Shown in pieces: positions 60,017 to 64,000 of a stretch of DNA of 64,000 nucleotides (the first letter of the stretch is position 1; each line of letters begins with the position of its first letter). Under the pieces are notes generated by a model that did not search any database, was not told the DNA's origin, and was given only the letters and a program-made list of their open reading frames with translations. This DNA comes from Anaeromyxobacter sp. GTDB lineage: Bacteria > Myxococcota > Myxococcia > Myxococcales > Anaeromyxobacteraceae. Both the position numbers and the translations under genes were made by a program. The stretch covers positions 1 through 64,000 of the forward strand of contig JASGJN010000016.1 of the NCBI GenBank assembly GCA_049840735.1. Reading direction: 5' to 3'.

Positions 60017-60558
60017 TCCGGATCGTCACCCTCGACAGGATCGACCCCGCCGACATGGCGTTCCTCACCCGGACGCTCTACCAGGCCTTCGGCCTGGGCA
60101 CCGAGTTCGCGGGCGAGAAGGCCGCGCCGGCCGGCGTCGAGCGCAAGGACGGCCGGCTCGACGCGGTCAAGCTGCTGCGCGAGGTGGAGGGCATCCGCAC
60201 CTACGCCGACGACCGCGTCCTCTACATCACGGCCGCGCCGCTGGCGCTGCCGGAGGGGCCGCTGGGCGAGCCGCCGTGCTGGGGCTTCGCCGACTACGGC
60301 AAGGAGCGCGCGGTCATCTCCACGGCCCGCTTCCCGGCGCGCGGGGTGACCGAGTCCTCCGTCGAGGCCTGGCAGCGCCGGCTGGCGCGCGAGGCCACCC
60401 ACGCCATCGGGCACCTCTGGGACCTGCACCACTGCTACGACGCGCGCTGCGCCATGCATCCCTCGTGGTCCCCTGCCCTGCCGGCGCAGCCGGAGATGGA
60501 CCTGTGCACGTTCTGCCGCGACAAGAGCGAGCGCCGGATCCGGCTGGCCAAGACCTAG
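60013..60558 (+). CDS. carG: CarG, zinc-binding archaemetzincin-like adaptor
   Basis: HAIGH-LWDL-HHC-x4-CAM...CTFC motif lacking the catalytic Glu; GTGA overlap with carD. Confidence 0.85.
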   Translation: MIRIVTLDRIDPADMAFLTRTLYQAFGLGTEFAGEKAAPAGVERKDGRLDAVKLLREVEGIRTYADDRVLYITAAPLALPEGPLGEPPCWGFADYGKERAVISTARFPARGVTESSVEAWQRRLAREATHAIGHLWDLHHCYDARCAMHPSWSPALPAQPEMDLCTFCRDKSERRIRLAKT

Positions 60559-60565
60559 CCGCCCC

Positions 60566-61582
60566 GTGACGAGCCCCGAGCCGTCCGACCCGCCGACCCC
60601 GCCAGGCCCCCGCGCGCTGCTGCGGCTCCTGGCGCGGCCGCTCCTCGCCCTGGCCCGCGCGCTGGCGGCGCTCGCCGCCTGGCCGTGGCGCCACCGCCCG
60701 CCGGCGGCGCGCGGGCTGGCCTGCGGGTTCGCCGGCCTGGTCCTGGCGCTGGGGCTCCTCGGCACGCTCTTCCCGCTGGTGCTGCGGAGCCTGCTCCCCT
60801 CCGCGCTGGACTGGGACGGCGCCGGCGCGCTGCTGGCCCGCGACGGCCGCCCCGGCGACGTGGTGGTGGTCTCGCCCCCCTGGGCTGAGCGGATCCGCCT
60901 GGAGGCGCCCGCCGCGCTGCCGGCGCTGAGCCAGCCCCGCTACGCCGGCGAGGCGCTGGCCGGCGTGCGCCGCGTCTGGCTGGTCTCGCTCCCGGACGCC
61001 CCCGGCTTCAGCTGGGACCCCGAGCTCGACCTGCTGGAGCGCGCGGCCCGGAGCGCCCCGCCGCTGCAGCTGGGCGCGCTGCAGCTCACCCGCTACGACC
61101 TGTCCTTCCCCGAGCGCCCGCTGGCGTTCCTCCCCGACCGGCTGGCCGGCGCCGTGGTGACCACCGGCGGCGAGCCCTGCCCGGCCGACGCCGCCGGGCG
61201 CTTCCGCTGCGGCGCGGCGCCGGGCCAGGGGCCGGGCTGGAGCGTCTGGCGTGCCATGCGCGAGGTGGAGGGCGTGCCCCGCCCCTGCCTGGTGGTGGAG
61301 GGGCCCGGCGCGGGCGAGGTGACCGTGGAGCTGCCCGACGTGCCGGTCGGGAAGGTGCTCCGCGGCCACGCCGGACCGCTGGGCCCGGCCTGGAGCGCCG
61401 GGGGGACCACCCGGCTCGAGCTGCTCGCCGACGGCGAGGCGCTGGGCGCGGCCGAGCTGCAGCCGGACGGCTGGCGCACCTTCCGGCTCGACACCAGCCG
61501 GTTCGCGGACGGGACGCACCGGCTGCAGCTCCGGCTGAGCCCGGCCCAGCCGCTCTGCGTCGAGGCGGTGACGCTCCCATGA
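60566..61582 (+). CDS. Hypothetical membrane-anchored protein
   Basis: N-terminal transmembrane segment and beta-rich C-terminal domain; translationally coupled to the next gene. Confidence 0.65.
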   Translation: MTSPEPSDPPTPPGPRALLRLLARPLLALARALAALAAWPWRHRPPAARGLACGFAGLVLALGLLGTLFPLVLRSLLPSALDWDGAGALLARDGRPGDVVVVSPPWAERIRLEAPAALPALSQPRYAGEALAGVRRVWLVSLPDAPGFSWDPELDLLERAARSAPPLQLGALQLTRYDLSFPERPLAFLPDRLAGAVVTTGGEPCPADAAGRFRCGAAPGQGPGWSVWRAMREVEGVPRPCLVVEGPGAGEVTVELPDVPVGKVLRGHAGPLGPAWSAGGTTRLELLADGEALGAAELQPDGWRTFRLDTSRFADGTHRLQLRLSPAQPLCVEAVTLP

Positions 61583-63291
61583 TCGACCCCCTCCCCGGCG
61601 CCCTGCGCCAGCGCCTGGCCGTGCTCGGCGCGGGTCCGCGCCGCCTGGCGCTCCTCTGGGCGGCGCTGGTCTTCGCGCTGGCCGCCGCGCTGGGGGGCGG
61701 GCCCGGGATCTCCGCGGACGAGGCCGCCACCTTCTCGGCGGCCGTGCCTGCGCTGGGCGGCGGCGCCGCCGCGCCGGAGCTTGCGCCGCTGCCGGCCCTG
61801 CTGGCCCGGCTGTCCCACGCCGCGCTGGGCGGCCTCTCCCACCTCCACGCGCTGCGCCTGCCCGCCGCCGCCGCGGCCGCGCTCCTCGCCGCCGGCGTGG
61901 CCTTCCTGGCCCACCGGCTGGCCGGGCGCAGCGCCGCGCTGCTGGCGCCGGGGCTGGCCCTGCTGGCCCCGCGCCTGCTGCACGCCGCGCTCACCGCGCC
62001 GCAGGACGCGCTGGCCGCCGCGCTGGGGCTGGCCACGGTGATCGCCTACCGCCGCTCGGCGGCCGCGCCCACGGCGCTCCGGCGGCTGCAGGCCGGCGTG
62101 GCCACCGGCGTGCTCTTCGGCCTGGCCGTGGCGGCCCGGCTCGACGCCGCGCTCCTGCTGCCGGCGCTGGCGCTCCACGCGCTGCTGGCGCCGGCGCTCC
62201 GCCGCCGTCGCGCCGTGAACCGGGGCGAGCCGCCCCCGCCGCCGGCCCGTCCCTCCGCCTGGGGCCCGCACCCGCCGCGGACCGAGCCGCAGCACACGCC
62301 GGTGGAGGCGCTGCGGGCCGTGACGCGCCCCGAGGTGCTGGAGGCCGGGCTGCGCGGCATCCCCTTCGCGCTGGCCGGGATGGTGGTGGCCGGCCCGCTG
62401 GTGGTGGCGCTGGCCTGGCCCTGGCTGCTGGGCGCGCCGCTCCACCCGCTGCAGCGCCCGCTGGCGGCGGTCGCCGCGCTGCGCGGCCTCCCCGCCGGCG
62501 CCGGGCTGGCCGCCCTGCTCCCGCACCCGCGGGCCTGGGGCGCGCCCGCGCTGGAGACCGCGCTGGCGCTCCCCGCCGCGCTGGGGCTGGCCTTCGCCGC
62601 GGGCCTCGTGCACGCCCTCTTCCGGCTGGTCCGCGCGGTGCGCGGCGCGCCCGGGGTGAGCGACGAGCTGCTGCTGCTCATCGCCGCGCTGGCGCCGCTG
62701 GCGTCGGCGCAGCTGGGGCTGTCGCCGCCCGGCCCCGGGCTCCGCCCCTGGCTCCTGTCCTTCCCGTTCCTGGCCGTGCTGGCCGCGCGCGCCACCGTCT
62801 CGGCCGCCCACCACGCCTGGCCGCGGCGGGCGGGCGCGCTCACGGCCGCGCTGACCGCGGGGCTGCTGCTGCCCTCGCTGGTCGCCGCGGTGCATGCCTG
62901 GCCGCACGGCGGCTCGGCCTGGGGCGAGCTGGCCGGCGGCGCGCCCGGCGCCGCCTCGGCGGGGCGGCCGCGGCAGGAGGGCGGCGAGGCGGCCGTGGCG
63001 CTGCTGCCGGAGCTGGCCGCACGCGCCCGCCCCGGCGCGCGCGTGGCGCTGGCCGGCGTGGCCCCCGCCGCCGCGCGGCTCTACGCGCTGGACGGCCGGC
63101 TGCGCCCGGACCTGGCGCTGGTGGAGCGCCCGGAGGAGGCGGATCTCGTGCTGGCGGCGCTGGACGGTCGCTCCCGCGACGCCGAGTACCAGGCGTGGTC
63201 GGCGCTCCAGACCGCCACGCCCGCCGCGGCCGCCTTCCTGGACGACGTGCCGCTGGCCTTCGTCTACGCGCGCCCCGGCGCCTGGCGCTGA
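61579..63291 (+). CDS. Polytopic membrane protein, GT-C (ArnT/PMT-like) glycosyltransferase-like
   Basis: ISADEA motif after the first transmembrane helix, LRLP and many transmembrane segments. Confidence 0.6.
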   Translation: MIDPLPGALRQRLAVLGAGPRRLALLWAALVFALAAALGGGPGISADEAATFSAAVPALGGGAAAPELAPLPALLARLSHAALGGLSHLHALRLPAAAAAALLAAGVAFLAHRLAGRSAALLAPGLALLAPRLLHAALTAPQDALAAALGLATVIAYRRSAAAPTALRRLQAGVATGVLFGLAVAARLDAALLLPALALHALLAPALRRRRAVNRGEPPPPPARPSAWGPHPPRTEPQHTPVEALRAVTRPEVLEAGLRGIPFALAGMVVAGPLVVALAWPWLLGAPLHPLQRPLAAVAALRGLPAGAGLAALLPHPRAWGAPALETALALPAALGLAFAAGLVHALFRLVRAVRGAPGVSDELLLLIAALAPLASAQLGLSPPGPGLRPWLLSFPFLAVLAARATVSAAHHAWPRRAGALTAALTAGLLLPSLVAAVHAWPHGGSAWGELAGGAPGAASAGRPRQEGGEAAVALLPELAARARPGARVALAGVAPAAARLYALDGRLRPDLALVERPEEADLVLAALDGRSRDAEYQAWSALQTATPAAAAFLDDVPLAFVYARPGAWR

Positions 63292-63392
63292 GGCGCCCGC
63301 CGTCGCCGCGGAACCAGGAGCCGCGCGGCGCTCGCCCGTCCTTCTTGCGCCTTCGTTTCACCCTCGGTGGCCCGGCTCGCCCCCGACCGGAG

Positions 63393-63416
63393 CGTGAACT
63401 CCTTGACGGACGTCAA
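63393..63416 (+). promoter_or_regulatory. Overlapping Rex-like and FNR-like palindromes upstream of hoxE
   Basis: CGTGAA-CTCC-TTGACG at 63393-63408 and TTGAC-GGAC-GTCAA at 63403-63416. Confidence 0.5.
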
Positions 63417-63519
63417 CGACCGCGGCGCCGGCGCGCGGGGCGCCGCGCACACGCTGCGTGCATCCCTACGTGTTTTCTGCGCGTGACCTTCTCGAACGAG
63501 AGGTCGATGATTTCGGTCC

Positions 63520-64000
63520 ATGACGGCCACCGCGCAGACCATTCCCTCCCCGAAGGGCGACAAGGGCGGCGACAAGCGGCTGAAGATGCTGGACGCGGCC
63601 ATGCGGCGCCAGCAGTACCAGCCGGACGCGCTGCTCGAGGTGCTGCACTCCGCGCAGGAGCTCTACGGGTTCCTCTCGCCCGAGGTGCTCAGGCACATCG
63701 GGCGAAGCCTGAGGGTCCCGCCCTCGCGCGTGTTCGGGGTCGCCACCTTCTACAACCACTTCTCGCTCAAGCCGAAGGGCGAGCACACCTGCACCGTGTG
63801 CATGGGGACCGCCTGCTACGTGAAGGGCGCGGGCGAGATCCTCGAGACCTTGAAGAAGGACCTGGGGCTGCCCAAGGGCGGCACCACGCCCGACGGCAAG
63901 GTCTCGGTGGTGGTGGCCCGCTGCGTGGGCGCGTGCGGCATCGCGCCGGCGGTGGTCTACGACCAGGAGATCGTCGGTGGCCAGCAGCCGGACGCAGCCG
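63520..64000 (+). CDS. hoxE: Bidirectional hydrogenase diaphorase subunit HoxE (NuoE-like); runs off the right edge and is missing from the ORF track
   Basis: Read by hand: DKRLKMLDAAMRRQQYQPDALLEVLHSAQELYG...VATFY...CTVCMGTACYVKG...RCVGACGIAP (2Fe-2S motif). Confidence 0.85.
   Translation, partial: MTATAQTIPSPKGDKGGDKRLKMLDAAMRRQQYQPDALLEVLHSAQELYGFLSPEVLRHIGRSLRVPPSRVFGVATFYNHFSLKPKGEHTCTVCMGTACYVKGAGEILETLKKDLGLPKGGTTPDGKVSVVVARCVGACGIAPAVVYDQEIVGGQQPDAA

Noticed and set aside
416..63786. Many long alternative-frame ORFs (e.g. 16394..21145 +, 9606..13268 +, 39754..43059 +, 8030..11191 +)
   Set aside because: They are Arg/Pro/Gly/Ala-rich or antisense shadows expected from stop-codon scarcity at high GC, and they overlap well-supported genes. 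A few carry a frameshifted piece of a real gene, which is annotated separately.
1..64000. tRNA, rRNA, riboswitch or integrase/att site
   Set aside because: None was recognisable by eye; a tRNAscan-SE and Rfam scan would be needed to exclude them.

Overview
Very GC-rich bacterial chromosome segment (roughly 75% by eye), most consistent with an Anaeromyxobacter-like Myxococcota: it carries carD with an H1-like Lys/Ala/Pro tail next to carG, a top6B-top6A pair, two multiheme cytochrome c lipoproteins and the start of hoxE. Other contents include a KaiC-like ATPase/hybrid kinase operon, a MalT-like regulator with GH13 and kinase-like genes, HAE1 and heavy-metal RND pumps, an acr3-arsC unit behind a truncated arsR, queG and an orphan DpnA-like methyltransferase. 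About 13 frameshifts in otherwise intact genes look like assembly indels. The most striking structure is a ~1.54 kb element (38044-39584) with IS5-like terminal inverted repeats and a TA duplication at a CTAG site. It holds a DDE transposase remnant and a divergent TnpB/Cas12-like gene whose 3' end overlaps a strongly base-paired, omega-RNA-like region. It sits in the stop codon of a small basic protein gene, next to a decayed older copy of itself. I found no CRISPR array, tRNA or rRNA. All calls come from reading the sequence; no database searches were run.
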